Below are positions 23,501-38,000 of a stretch of DNA of 64,000 nt, piece by piece. Every line of letters starts with the position of its first letter. The first letter of the stretch is position 1. The stretch is taken from contig NC_092679.1 in NCBI RefSeq assembly GCF_964355755.1, positions 4,618,201 through 4,682,200 of the forward strand. The letters are read 5' to 3'. This DNA comes from Antedon mediterranea (lineage: Eukaryota; Animalia; Echinodermata). The notes under the pieces were generated by a model that ran no database searches, was not told the origin of the DNA, and worked only from the letters and a program-made list of their open reading frames with translations. Both the position numbers and the translations under genes were made by a program.

Positions 23501-25805
23501 CCTCCAATTATTAAAAACATAAAATAATTCACCATTATTTTTATATTTAACTTTGCTGTTAATAACACTTCAACAAATTGAAGACACGAAACGTAACACA
23601 TTTCATTGTTATGTTAATAAAAAACAACCATGCTACACCACCTTCATTGTCTAAGATGGAATTCAAGACACTCCCTCATTGTTTTAAAACAATAGCAGTA
23701 GTAGCCTTTTCAGAGTTTTCGCAATCCAATGTTGGTAGGTTTTAATGTGGAACTGTATAATCCTGAAATAATTAGAGCCTTACTAAATATTAATTTTTCC
23801 AAAAATCGCTATAAAAAAGGAATTTCGAAATACTGTAATGTTATTTTGTTCCTCCTATTTTCTTACGAAGGCATAGGCTTATTTAAGTATTGTTGATAAT
23901 ATACAATATTATTAGACATACAATAGGCCTATATAACCAGAGTTTTAAAATACTTAATGTATTATTAACTGATTTAATGGTCATTTCTGTTTTTATTAGA
24001 ACACATTAGGCCTGCAAGAGTAAATGTACAAGACACAAGTACAAGTTTATTGCCCGTTTAAAATTATTATTATAATAATAATAAACGTATATATATCCAC
24101 ACCACAGCATTCTAAATAATACTTATATCACAGAAAGTAATATAATACGCCGTACATTTTATGTCGGTCAATTTCGATCGATCACGTTAGAATAGAATGC
24201 ACCCACATTTTTTGAATGGAATAACCCAATGAAAAGACCAGCAGAACAAACTGAAGTTGATGCATAGTTGGCGCTCCATACATAGCGCCTTATATGGGCA
24301 TTCAAAACATTGCGGCCGAAACCGTTTGCGGCCGAACACGATGTACACCGGGCCTAGCTAGGCTATACGAATCACCGGCTATACTAGGGCTAGGCCCTTA
24401 GAGGGCAGGCCTCCCTTTCTCTATGTGGGGGAGAGAGTGCCCCGCCGCGAGTCGCTTACTCAGTGCTAGGTATTGCAAGCTAGCCCTACATACGGTAGTA
24501 GGCTATGAACAAGGTTAGTTTTAGGCTAGATTGTTGCTGGTTGCTACCAGTGTTCAGACAGCATGTCTAATCAAACAAATTGATCAAAATAAATATTTGC
24601 ATCAATTTATTAGAAAGTACACAACAAAAGAAGGGGAAATTACGGAAGATGGTGACGAAAACAGAAGTTGAAGATAATGAAGAGTCCACTGGTGTGGGGG
24701 AGGGGTGGGCTGATGCAATGGCTAAAATACTTCAAAAAAAGGTTACCAATGATGGCTCAGCAATGTTGGCAAAATCAAAGTCTTACGAGAAAGAAAAGAA
24801 GAAGGAAAAATCAGATTATGAAGACCAAAAGAAATTAGTAAGTATGAAATCATAAATACTTTGATGAGACAACACTTTATTGTGTAAAAACTAATAACAA
24901 ACAAATACTTTTTATTTATCTTTCAGAGAGATACAAAGAAGGCGTGGGAGGATATAGCGTATGTAAAACCAAAGATTGAACTTAAAGAAATTGAACGTGG
25001 ATTTCAAAGGACTGCCACAAGGTTTGTTACTTAGCCTTGCACCCAGATCAAAAGTTTTATTAAATAAAACTTGGAGTGTTAGATCTCATAAAGTGATATT
25101 AATAACCTACATATACAACAACAATCCTAAATGATGTTTTTGTCTAATTTGTTATTTTATCCAGGGGTGTTGTCCAGCTATTCAATGCAGTAAAAAAAGA
25201 ACAGAAAACATTAGAATCTAAGCTAACTGAAGTCGGAGCATCCGAACGAAAAAGAGCCAAAGTTGAATCGTCAATGTCTAAGGGACAATTTCTCAATTTA
25301 TTAAAGAAAACTGCTTCGAAAACACAACAGTCTAATGATGATGAAAAAACTTCACAGGTAAACAAACGGTTTTAAACTAGCACAATGAACTAGTTGGTTA
25401 GTTAACTTAACTAACTAATTAACTAACTAACTAGTTAGCTGTGGATCTAGCTAACTAACTAGATAGCTAACTAACTAGATAGCTAACTAACTAGTTAGCT
25501 ATGGATATTGCTAACTAACTAACTAGTTACCTGTGGATATAGCTAACTAACTAACTAGTTACCTGTGGATATAGCTAACTAGTTAACTCTGTGTATAACT
25601 AACTAGTTAGCTGAGGATATAGCTGGTGTATAAGCATTTTACTAGACTATAACTAACTTAAAGTTTGTTTTTTATTTTGCAGGATTCATCTAAAAAAAGG
25701 TGTGCAACTTGGGATGTTTTAAGAGACAATTTTATGATGGGGGCTACCTTGAAGGACTGGGATAAAGAAAGCGAAAGTGAAACAGAAAAGAATGAAAAAA
25801 CTTGA
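20560..25805 (+). CDS. RRP15: RRP15-like ribosomal RNA processing protein (~245 aa)
   Basis: Exons 20560-20662, 24614-24837, 24927-25021, 25165-25357, 25683-25805. Motifs GWADAMAKIL, VKP...ERGFQRTATRGVVQLFNAV, SKGQFLNLL and WDVLRDNFMMGATLKDWDKES are diagnostic of Rrp15. Exon 1 is less certain but phase compatible. Confidence 0.92.
20755..24349 (-). mobile_element. Mutator-like (MULE) DNA transposon, internally deleted, in RRP15 intron 1
   Basis: 9-bp TSD gggcctagc (20746-20754 and 24350-24358). Imperfect TIRs with tcgtgttcggccgc..aacg..ttcggccgca. Contains a transposase remnant. Confidence 0.88.
21511..22211 (-). pseudogene. MULE transposase remnant: PHD-like finger + FLYWCH fused directly to the C-terminus; DDE domain missing
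   Basis: MNDCI/ECREPV...FCEECQRWQHRRC...WTCRDC (frameshift after the first Cys). Second frameshift near 21928. TKRGN|intron 21840-21745|DSLVDSHGYQYT...WRC...CKATV, then VETLWDEYREGQRS. Confidence 0.75.
25390..25660. repeat. (CTAA)n-rich minisatellite in RRP15 intron 4
   Basis: Recurring ctaactaactagttagctgtggatatag. Confidence 0.85.
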
Positions 25806-27942
25806 TAATAAAATACAATAAAAATCTATAAATAGGGTAAAAAATGTGATGTTAAAAAAGTCCTAATACTGTACAACAAACAGAAAAAATGAATATGTGG
25901 TATGGAAAACAGAAAATTGTAGTATAACAATTGCATATATCATGTACAAACATGTGTCGCCATACTAGTAATATTTTATAATAAAAACTAACCAGTGTTA
26001 TTATAATATATAATAATATATTATATAATTATATAACAACCATGACTAAAAGTGCAACTTGCATTGGTTTGCAAAATTTGAACATCTTCGGGTTCTGTCT
26101 CGCTCAAACTGATGTACTGTATACAATATACAGTTGACCCTCTATAAAGGGGACACCCTTGGGACATACCAAAGTCCTCTAATAGATGTTGGCCATTGAA
26201 ACACACATTTCTCGTTTCACAAAAAAGTAGGGGTGTCCCTGAATAGGTGTCGTAAGTACTGTACTGTAATTCTATTTGATCATTATTAACAAAACGATTT
26301 TATAATTTATTTGATCCATAACTATATGCAAGCCCTGACAAAAAAGTGTGATGTGCCCAAATATGGTAGTGATATGACATCATTATGTCCATATAATGGG
26401 CAAAATTAAATTAAAATGTCGACAAAATCAAGTATGGACTAGTGATTTTTTGAATTTAATAATATGATGCTTTTGACATACGAGAGTGCGCCCTCCTAAT
26501 TTATTGCTTGTGAAACTTCAACGTACGTGCGATCAGGTATCACAATTTCCCGTCACAGCGTAGTTGTATTTCCTGCCACAAGCTACTAATATCATAGGTA
26601 CTTTTAGTAGGCCTACCATTAGTCGTGTCGTATCTTTCACCTACCGGAAAAAATATACACATAAACCTAAACCAATGAGGCACGTATCAATGACGTAGGG
26701 AGCGCGTATGACGTCTTTATCACCACAAATTTAGTTGGCTTTGTAAAATGCAGGTTACACTAATAAACACTATGTGTAGGCCTATGTTTAATCAAATACC
26801 TGTTATTGCAATATAAGAAAGTGACAATACCGAAAGGCCGTATATCTTTTGCACGTTTGCGTCTATATGTGGTAACTCGTGCATTGGTAAGCAAAAAACA
26901 GCAACATAACAGTCACGTACATCACGCTAACAAAATCACAGTAGGCCTACCTTCAAATGATGTTCGGATTCTGGGTCCAAATCTGCTTTACCCCAGACGA
27001 AAAATAAGTGGAGTTATCATCAATGTTGTTGCAAAGGTTACTATTTCATAATTAACAAGAGGAATTTGAAACCCGGATCTACCCTTTAACATACAGTACA
27101 GTCAAGTAATAAACATTATGGAAAATGGGCAGCGGCCAACATGCAATTGCGACTAAAAAATAAATAAAGAATTGTATTTCACGGACGCATCTTTTTTACC
27201 ACATTGCGGAATCATTTGAAAATGATGTTTATTATTTAGGCATTTGTTTTTGTATTTGTTCTGTTTTTGTATGTTAACCCTCCTGTTATTGGCGAATTTA
27301 TTTTTGCTGTTAGTTGTGTTTCGAAGTAAAACAAAAATACAAATGATACAAACAAAATTATTCATCTTATTCCAGGAAAATCGTAAATTAAAAGCGGACT
27401 CGGATATGATAGTAAATAGTGGTACTCATTTACGTAAACTACACCGTAATAATGGAAATGACAATATTAAACAACCATAGGGAATTAATTCGGGATTATT
27501 CCAATTGATGCAGTTAGCGGTCAGTAATCTTCTGGCTAAATTATTCAATTAAAAATGATCGCAGGATTAAACTTTTCATCGAAAAATCATACGATAGTGC
27601 AATATTAAACTGTATTAAAATAAAATGTTATGTTATTTTAAGCTTTCTAAAAAGCATAATTCGGTAATTTGGTAAATAATATTTTTATTTATCACCAAAA
27701 ACATTATATAATTTAGCTTTAACTGTTTAACCATGAGAATAATTTAGGATGGTTTAACTGATTGAGTTTCAACTGTCAGGCGAATATAATTATATAGCTT
27801 CAAAATAGTAAAATTATATTCCTCATAACAAAAATGACATCAATTTGAACTAAAAGCAAAATCATTATCGTGACAATATACGTTTATTATGAATTATTAG
27901 GAGGTTGACAGTTAACTGAACAAAAGAAATTAGAAACTTATT

Positions 27943-28220
27943 CAGCGGTGATTGACCAAGTGGTCTATATTAACATCGGCAAGGGTTCGAGCTCCATGGT
28001 TCTGGTGGTAGAACGAGTCTTCTCGGATAAGGACTATAAACCGTAGGTCCAGTGTACACATCTGGCTCATGTGAACTTTAAAGAACCTAGTACATCTTTC
28101 GAGACTAGTATACCCACAGCCACTGTCACTCATCAAGAGGGCCCCTTGGTATAGCATACGCTATTTAGGGTCACCCGCTATAAATAAGGTGTAATAAATA
28201 ATAAATAAATAAATAAATAA
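27943..28220 (+). mobile_element. tRNA-derived SINE (DeuSINE/Nin-type), partly deleted copy
   Basis: B-box ggttcgagc, core ttctcggataaggactataaaccgtaggtcc...ttaaagaacctagtacatctttcgag, (AAAT)n tail; homologous to the 35273 copy. Confidence 0.8.
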
Positions 28221-28440
28221 TTCAATGCCTGCTAGTATAGTTCCTACATATGGTGGTTTAACTTTTGCTGTGGAATTCCCTACCAAGAATTCAATCATGT
28301 GTGCAGGCCTACTCTAAACTCTTTCAAGACCCAGTTGAAGTCTTCCATTTTCCTTTCATTAAACTATTGCCACTTCTAGTTTATGTGCAGCGCATTGGGA
28401 GCTTTCTTAGTATGCGCTATATGAACTATTATTGTTATTA
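28221..28440 (+). mobile_element. L2-type LINE 3' end remnant
   Basis: tggaattccctacc...ctttcaagacccagttgaag...gcagcgcattgggagc...tgcgctatatgaa followed by a (TAT)n-like tail. Confidence 0.5.
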
Positions 28441-31400
28441 ATAAGTTTATAGTTAAGTTACAAACAAACAATATTAGCTCAATGAGGTCCTTACTCCGGT
28501 GTCTTCCGCCTACCAAAAATACCAATGCAAGATGATTACTAATAATACCTTACGTTATTAGCGTCCTGCCCAAGGACAACCCGAAAAGTAGACCGGTCAT
28601 AATACAGGAGGTGGGCGGATGTTGTCGGTTACGGTGGAGTTCATTGTTTTGATGACAATTCAAGTTTTGGATAGTAATATCATAACTAGGCCCTACCTAT
28701 TTGTGAATCTTGAACTAGACTATAGGCTATTTTTTATATGATAATATAGTTTTCAATATTAAAGAAAACAGAGAGGAAACAAGCAAAAATCTTTTCGATT
28801 TATAGTCTTAAACCATGATGCAAAATTGTTGTGCTGCACTATGATCATAGAGATGTATGATCAGATCAACTGTCACGTGTCAATTCGCCCGTTGCGTATA
28901 CGTACGTCCTTGCGTTGCGTATACGTCCTCTTGCGTTGCATATATATCCTTTTCGTTGCGTATACGTCCTTTTCGTTGCGTCTCTAGTGGATGAACACGT
29001 TTGTTGAATTTAAAATATAATTTTTAAATGACATTTTGATACATCGTATACGTAATAAACATATAACTCGAATCTTAATTTTAAAACATCTCAATATTAA
29101 ATCCAACAGTGCCTAACCATGTTAATTTAAATCTCGGATTCGATTCATTAAGCCCGCTATCCAGGCTAACTTTATGAACAATACCTATTATTTTAAAACA
29201 ACAAAAGAGTATCTGTCGGTTACAGAAATACATATGGCAAAGTTTTACAAAAATTAATAATTTTCAGATGTTGGAAAACTATACATTTCATAGGTACACA
29301 GCGGGAACCACATGTTTGAATAAGAAAATTATGATACTGTATCTCAGTGGTTCACACGTGTTGAGGTGTAATTCGGAGAAGAGAAAACCACTAAGCATAG
29401 AGCTAGGTTCATGTTGAGTTCATGTAAGTTTAAAAATCTGAAATTTAAGTTATGAATAATTGATTAACACAATATCTTTTAAAATGTAACTGTAATTTCT
29501 TAAAGCAGACATATTCATGTTGTTTTGCATATAGTCACCGAGGTTCCTAAAATGTCAAAAATTACAATGCAAAATAGATAAAAAAAATAAGGCAAAAAGT
29601 AATTTCACTATTAATTTGTAAGCACTAGACCCCACTATTTTAAAATCCTCGTAACATTCAACGAAAATTGGAAAATCATCATTTAGAATAAATACGAGTG
29701 GCATAAAGAAACGAAAAGTTCATATCACAAGCGGCGCGAATGTAGTAATTTGTAAAACCCAGCAGTATGTGTTAATTCCAACACGTACAGCGGATGAAAT
29801 AGACATAGTAGGGTGGTCTGGGAACATGTTGCGCACGTTGGACGAATCTGTTGGTTTATCTCGGAGACCAAAATAATTATATTCTTACGACACAGTACTG
29901 TAGTGTTTCAGATAAAATGCTTCAAATGTACAGTAGTAGGTCTAAACTAAACTGGAAATTGTGGTGAACTTGTCTCCCTCTAAATTTTAAAACTTATACA
30001 ACTTTGCTGGTAAAGTTTTCGTATGAATTGATTCTCAGAATGGTCTAGACGAAAATTGCTACAATAAAAACAAAATTGCTACAATGAACTAAAATTGTAT
30101 TGTGGTACACAATTTGTCTCCCTCTAAAGTTTAGAACTAATAAAACTTTACAGTACAACGCACAAATCTACAATATACATAAACTACAACTGTGACGTCA
30201 TTGAAATAATCGAATTGTTTCTACCAAGGACAGGGGACAGACTGTTGAACTCATCATGAACTGATCGTCATATTCTTTCTTAAAATAATCTGGTTGCCTT
30301 GATCGGGAATGATTGTTCATCCAGATTAATTTACAATGGAGTGACATTACACCCTCCTCCAGAGTCGATAGCGGTGATGAGATAGGCCTACTCCAGATTT
30401 ATAAATTGTTAATTAGTTCTATTTTGAAGTCAACATTTTCACCAAGTTATTTAGTTCCTAGTCAATGATTTTAATTTTAAAACAAAATTGAAACATTGAG
30501 GCAGGGGCAAAAAGCAGGAGATATAGGTAAATCTATTATTTCAGGGGTTTTCATTTTACATAAGATATTTAACAATTCGAATAATTGGAACCACGTTTTG
30601 GAAAAACCTTGATGAACTCTCCATTCAAGTGGCCCGATTTTATTAGGCAAGATAAGTATTGTCTGAAACACGAGGTGAATGTATAATGTGGTCTGGCACG
30701 GTTACCAAACGGAAATGATTACTACCAATACAAATCTATTTCTAGCCTCACACCTCCCTACGGGCCGTACACCTTGTCGGATAGGATCACGACATAACCG
30801 GGGTTTGTACTGTTGTTTTGGGTTAGAATGGTTGGAAGGAGTTTGGCTAGACGAGCTTAGACGAGAATGACGTTGGTCTCAAAAGTGGGCGAAACATTAA
30901 TACCGGATTTGAAAGCGACTTGTCTGTCTGAAATGAATATTCCATTTCCATACTGAAGATGATTTTTCGGCGGGACATTGTCTTAGCTAGGGTGGACTGT
31001 CTGGAATAATAAACCCACTGTTCCATATTTTAATTAACTGAAATTAACAAAATACAATATTTGAATAATTTGTTCTGAAATTACATCTCCGATGATCAGG
31101 ATCTACATTACTTGGTCAATATTTCACACCCAAAACCAGTTTTCATTTTCAGGAATCACTTTGTACGTGTCAATTTAGAAGTTTTTCTTTTATTAATTTA
31201 TTTTTGCGCCGCAATTAGGCTACTGCTACCAAAAGTTAAAAGTATCGCACAGAAGTAAAACGTAAGTATTCCTTCAAAAATTATAAAAATAATCAAACTT
31301 CTTTTTTTGTGTTGTGTTCGTATTCAAGAATGTTTTTGTTGGTCACTTCAACCCAGTATAGTAAACATATGTCACAAATTACAATCACTTCTCACACCAC

Positions 31401-32002
31401 ATGAAATGTTTGGTTATTATCGCTTCAGTGACCCAAAAAACTCATGGTTGCATAATATAAACACGATTAAGCTTATTTGATGATGCTATCTTCATCGGCA
31501 CGAAATGACACGGCACGCACGACGCGCGCGCCCAAACGCTGATGAAAGAGGAATAACTTTTGTACGCGCGCGTAACAATTGTGAGACATTTCGCGATGTC
31601 GCTATACTACAAGTTAGGTCTATCTAGTTTTTAGAAGACTCCGAAAAATGGCTACTATAAATTTTGCTGAGATTAAATCACGCAAACATACAAGACCAGT
31701 AGAATAACCCATCATAACCAGGCTTCGCAGTCTTTGATGAAACGAATACACCTGTCAAGCCCAACTGTTTGTCAATTATTATATACGTTATTTATGTTAA
31801 GCTTCGATTGATAGACATAGTCCTATTAGAAACTCAAATCAGACAACGCCCCCATACGGGACATTATTATATATAGCCAACTATTTGCATCCTTCAGTCA
31901 ATAGTTAATTCTGGACGCGGTAGCATACGAATCACTTTCCACTGGATAACATAAAATCAGAGAAATACCCAGTTGCCGAAACGCCGGCTAGGTGTGTTGA
32001 CA

Positions 32003-35000
32003 ATGGACTTGTTTACATTTTTAAATTATAGTTTGAGGAGTATGAACATTTTTGGAAAAACGCGACGAAGGACTATGTCTTTGACAGTATATTTGTTTGC
32101 TTTAGTTTTTGTTATTAGTATTGAAATTTGCTCAAGTTCGCAGTGTATGTTAGACATTTACCAATATGAAACGAAACGGACAGCGGCTATACGCGGTCAA
32201 ATTTTGAGTAAGCTGGGAATGACTGTCCCACCAAAAGACACTGGACCAGCAATAATTCCAAAAGACGATGAGGAAAAATGGAATGAAACGCAAAGAATTC
32301 TGGAAGAACAGTGGTTAGAAAAATTGGAATCCTGTCACGATTCCATTAACGAGGACGAGTATTACGCAAAACTTACTAAAACTTATTCATTGGAGAAAGA
32401 ATGGCCACAAATATCAAATAACGGTAAGTACATTTTACATTTTGTTTAAAAAAATGTATTCAGACCTATATAAGAAAAAACACTATGGGCCTTCTATTGA
32501 AATACATATATGCCTATTTAGGCCTACTTTATGGTATTTTTTACGGTAATATGCGCATTGGTACGTCCCCTTTTAACACCTGTAAGAATATCACAGTAAT
32601 ATATCAAATTCATTCTTAATACATCATACACTTCAGAACTAACTATTAACAAACAGATGGTCAGTTCAATTCAACGTCAACTTTCTGGTTTTTACGGATT
32701 TACCACCTTTAAAGTAATTCGTGAGGTACAAAGAAACAAAACTATCTTCCTAAATATGTGAACTAATCATGAGTAAAAGTACTACACCAACTTAAACCGT
32801 GCATATGACATTAATTGTTTGCTTTCCATTGGGATCAAAAGTGAAACTGCTTAATTTGTTGTAAAATACATATTCCCATTGAGTAATATCCTACGAACCA
32901 CTGCACAGCGTTTATTGTAGCCTACTTTTTACTTGTAGAATGTAGAAATGTGTTTGTTAATACGTTTTGTTAATTACGTCACCCAAACAACCTATTATCT
33001 TTTTCATCCTTACAACGTTGGCTATAAGTAAACCTACTGGAACTAGGATGCAATCCAAAAATCTTTTTTCTTGTAATAATTAAATTGCAATATCTTATTA
33101 GGCCTATCTAACAGTTGTAGAATTTACATCTGGGACTCTGTGGAAACTAAACTCTCATATATTCTGTACTAAAGTATATGTACCACCAGACAACAATGTG
33201 AACCTGTTATACAATCTTATATATCCATGCTTATACTAAAGCTTATATTTCCAGACAGTGAGACTTCGATTATTGGAAACTCGGACAGTCGAATTAGGTC
33301 AATTTACTTATAGTTTCAAAGTTATCGTCTCTTGCTGCTAATTGTTATCTTGGTTTAAACATACTAATAGACAGTCCCTGCAACTTGTAATTACAGAAAA
33401 AATATTGTCCATATGTTGCAGATTCCAAACACATAATTATTACATGGAGGAAATAAGTCTGTGGATTAATATTATAAAGGCAAGTTTGTTTCTCTAATTC
33501 AAACATTTGATTTGCATAATTGGGGTTTTAATAATACAACATCAAACTGACAATCTTGAATAGGTTTTCTAAAGTTGAATCTCCATTTAGTATTCTATTT
33601 TATTTATTTGTTGACCTTTGACTCACAATATGCGGTGCGGTCCAAGAAACAAAACAGAACAGAACATATTGAAAAATAAAGACATGAATAACTAAACTAT
33701 AACTAAGCTAAAAACAAAAACAACAGTACAATACAATACTATAAATAAATTATATGTAAATACTAGACCTGTTGAGCCAATTCACGTTTTGTTCTTAATT
33801 TTCCTTTCATAAAAAAAAAGCTATATTTTGATTTGCATAATTACATTTTTTACAAATTCTACATTTGAAACATTGAACTGCATGCTTGGATAGGTACTCA
33901 TAGATCTAGATGAGGTGGCATATTTTAACCTTTTTATGTAATTTTTGTATTTGTTGATTCATATTTTATCATATTTTATGGATGTGTTTATAAACGTGAC
34001 AAGCAAGTCAATTTTCGAGCTAGAGTGCTTGACGAAAGAAAATAATTGAATTGAATGGAATTGAAAGATCCATTTGTTCTTAAGTTTCTTTTATTATAAA
34101 AAAGCAACGTATGTCAGGAAACACAACTAACACCTCACCTCAAAACATCACAATTGCTTTCCGTCTTCTATTCATATTAATACCTGAATGAGGTCAATTA
34201 ATATAATTCAATTGTAATGCATATACCCCTATTTCAGATTGCCGAACACATCGGTACCTCCTGTGATTACAATAATTAGGACATGATTGCTGACCTTCTG
34301 CCCACATTGCTGCCATCCATGGGTGGGCTTGATATGGAGGTAACCCCAATCCCGAAAAGATATATGACTTTCATTAGGCAACTTGTATGGTGGGCCAAAC
34401 ATTAGCATTATCACTATCACATTTAAATTCAGCCAGCGAGCAATTTATATAGGATCCAGCAGCTTGTAATGAGGACAACAGGAGTATTGTTAATTTCTTG
34501 TCCCAATAATCCATTTGTATAATAGGCCTACAAGTAATAATTTCTCCAGTGTTATAGGCAAATGTCGTGATACAACATCATATGTGAAACACATGTAAAG
34601 CTTGTATTGTAGACTAACCTCAACCTACTGTATTTCCATGATACAGGCATCACATGTGAAACATGAGATTCTGTATTACGGAATGTGCCAATAACACTGG
34701 AGAAATATTGCTACAGTGGAGATACAGCACTAATCGGAATTCGGTGGTACAGTAATACTGTTTAAAGTTGGCTCGTCTACTAGTATTGTTAGATCTGTAA
34801 GATTACCTTGTTTTTATTATTTCACTTTACTTGTATAATTCGCTTCTTATTTAAGACTTAAATGTTATTTTTGATACTTTTCTTTTTGTTTTTACATTGC
34901 CTTGTAAATGAATGTAAACGTGTGCCGCTGATATAAAAGCGTTTGTTCAATAAATTTATCTTATCTTATCTTACTATATATGTTTCTAATTAATTATCCG

Positions 35001-38000
35001 ATCCGACAAAATTTAAATTTGTCAAGGTCCTACAAACACATTTTTCTACAATCCGGCAGTCAGTGGCAGTAACAGAAAATTGTCTTTATTTGTATTTCAT
35101 TCATTTCATTTATTTTTTATTTCGTAATCAAATGTACATACAGATACAAAGCACACTCATATATATAATAAAACAATAAAATAATAATAATAAAGATTTT
35201 ATACAATAACAATAGGTGATCATTTTATTCTAAATGATCACCTAAAATACAAAAACCCATGGACCACAAACTGGTGAGTGAGTGGCCGAGCGGTTAAGAC
35301 AGTGGAACCGTAATCACGATAGCCGTAACATCGGCAGGGGTTCGAGGCTCACTCACTCCATGGTTCTGGTGGTAGAACGAGTCTTCTCGGATAAGGACTA
35401 TAAACCGTAGGTCCAGTGTACACAACTTGCTCGTGTGCACTTTAAAGAACCTAGTACATCTTTCGAGACGAGTAGGGGGTTACCCCGGTGTATTAGTACA
35501 TCACAGCCACTGATCACCAACTGGGCCCTCTGGGAGATCAGTCTTTGACTGAAGAGGTCACCCAGTATAAAGATAAAACAAACAAACAAACAAATACGTG
35601 TACAGTACATTAAATTAAATCTCTCCAGTTTGCATCCATTGTTGAGCCGTAAAAGGCCTTTCTCTTCAATTTAATGTATATTTTGTATTTTGTCTTTCTG
35701 GAAAAGAAAATTGAATTGAATGCTTTCGATTTGACAGCTAATCATTCACAAACATACCTAAACACTTGATTCTTTTGATTCCGTTTTATGGTTTATAATA
35801 ACGGTTCTCTAACATGACAGCACGATATACGTCTTTTCCGGAAAATATTTGTAAGGTCAAATAAATCAACTTCTGTGTAAAGGTTCAATGTAATTTTTCC
35901 GGCTACAGATTGCTACTGTTCGTAAACTTAGTTATTTCCTTTTTTAAAACCATCCACAGTTCGTATATAAACGAAAATTGCAACTTCTAATTTAAGTCTA
36001 GTACCTGTCGTATCATTTTTATTGGTTGGTAATTATTTCAATCTTATTTTTGAGATGCATCTTCAAATTTAATAAAATTGTAGATTAAATCTTATTCCCA
36101 ACACCGCCACTTAGCCTACATATCTATTCGTTGGAAAGAAAGATTTAAACTAAATCATAATAAAACATGGTAGTGGGGTTTTTTTTGCAGCAAAATACTG
36201 CATCGTAGGCCTACTCAAAAATCCAAAATTGATAACAAATGTAAGAAAAAACTTAATCATTAATGAATGTCAGTTTTGATAAATTTTGTAAACATTACGG
36301 TATTATAAAGTTACGCTCCATTTCTGTAAATGCATTAAAATAACACGAAGAGTCAAAATTTCTTCAAGACTTTTATTGACGAGTTCGATGACTAATCAAC
36401 TCTTGAATATAAAAACTAGTCGAATTCTCATGTAGGCCTAAACTGCATTATGAGATCAGAATGCGCTCATCAAAACTGTGAATCTCTGGCGGATACTTGG
36501 ACGGATACAATCGACAAGGCATAGTACTACTAGACCAAGACGTGGCTAGTCATTGATGACGTCATATCAGGCAGTAACGTTTTTGTAAACTGCCTGGTAT
36601 TTCACGATCGTTACCACTTTTCTTTCGTAAACAGTAAATTGAGTTTGATGTATCTAGGATACCAAAACTTGAGACTTTTCTATTCTCATTGTGGTCAGTT
36701 TTGCTGACCAACATCTCCATAAATGGCTTCTGATATGAGTAGGCCTGCTAAATTCAACAATTTTACAACTTGAGTTAAGACTCTGAAACACACAAGAATA
36801 GGAATGTTTCCTACACTTGGTAAAACCTTATAAAGTACAAATTACCCTATGGGCATTTCTTGTGTTTTATAGAGTAGCAAATTATCTAAATTTCTATATT
36901 GTCAATCTGACCAATATGAATTAATCCAACAACGATTGCTTCTAACTTGATACAGTAGGAGCCTAATAGGGAAAAGGTTTCCTCATTGAGTTAGTAGAAC
37001 TTGAAACTCTCTCAATTCCCATATTGTGTCAATGGTTCTGACCCAAGATCTTTGTAATGGTTTCTAAAACTACTAGTTGACTTTTTCTAACACGAAATAA
37101 TTATAGGATTATTTACTGCACTTTTAAAACACCTGATAAAGTGCAGATGTATCTATGGAAATTTCTTGAAAGAATATAACATGCACGCAACTTTCAGATT
37201 TTCAAATAAAATGAATAGCACATGCATACGTTAATTGGGACTACCCTATTGCAACTTTTCCCATAAAATTTTTGCAATAAGCAAATAGCTTCTCTTTTTA
37301 CACCATTAGCATTTTCTACTTTCCAAATTTAATAAAACCTTCATTTTTCTAACGTTGTTTTTGTTCTTTTTACAGAAGATTTCAAGACCTATTACAGTGA
37401 TAACCGAGTGAAAAACAAATACTCTATGTTCTATAAGTTCAATGTTAGCGACCTACAAAGAATGGCCAAATCTATAGAAATAACAAAAGCAGAGCTGAGG
37501 ATTTTTAAAGCTAACAAGTCTGAGGCAACGGTAAGCGAGCAACATATTGAGTTATATGCCATCGAAGGCATGAACGGGACAAACAGCCCCTTACGCAAGT
37601 TTGTTGGCGCGAAAGTGGTAAATACGGACGACGATGAGTGGTTATCTTTCGACGTAAAGGACGCCATCCAGAGGTCTATTACAACATGCAGTGAGTATAA
37701 AAAATATTTCTATACTTTATCACAATAAATCAGTTTTGGGGAAAAAATGAAGTAGGCTAACCTAGTTATACCTAGATCCATAGGTGCAAAAGGAACTCTT
37801 ACTAAATACGTACACTTTCTTTAGACTTTTCACTCGGTACATGATGGAAAACTTTTCCTAGGCCCACAATTACTGCTTGTTCTTGGTATAAAAGAGTTTG
37901 ATTCGCCCGTGTGTACATAACTATAAAATGATAAAAGACAAATCTATACGTATAAAGTAAAGATATGTGTACTATAAACTGTCGAGTGTCGTTCATTTCC

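Noticed and set aside
35273-35360. tRNA gene
   Set aside because: A/B boxes are present but continue into a SINE body and tail shared with other copies; no clean cloverleaf
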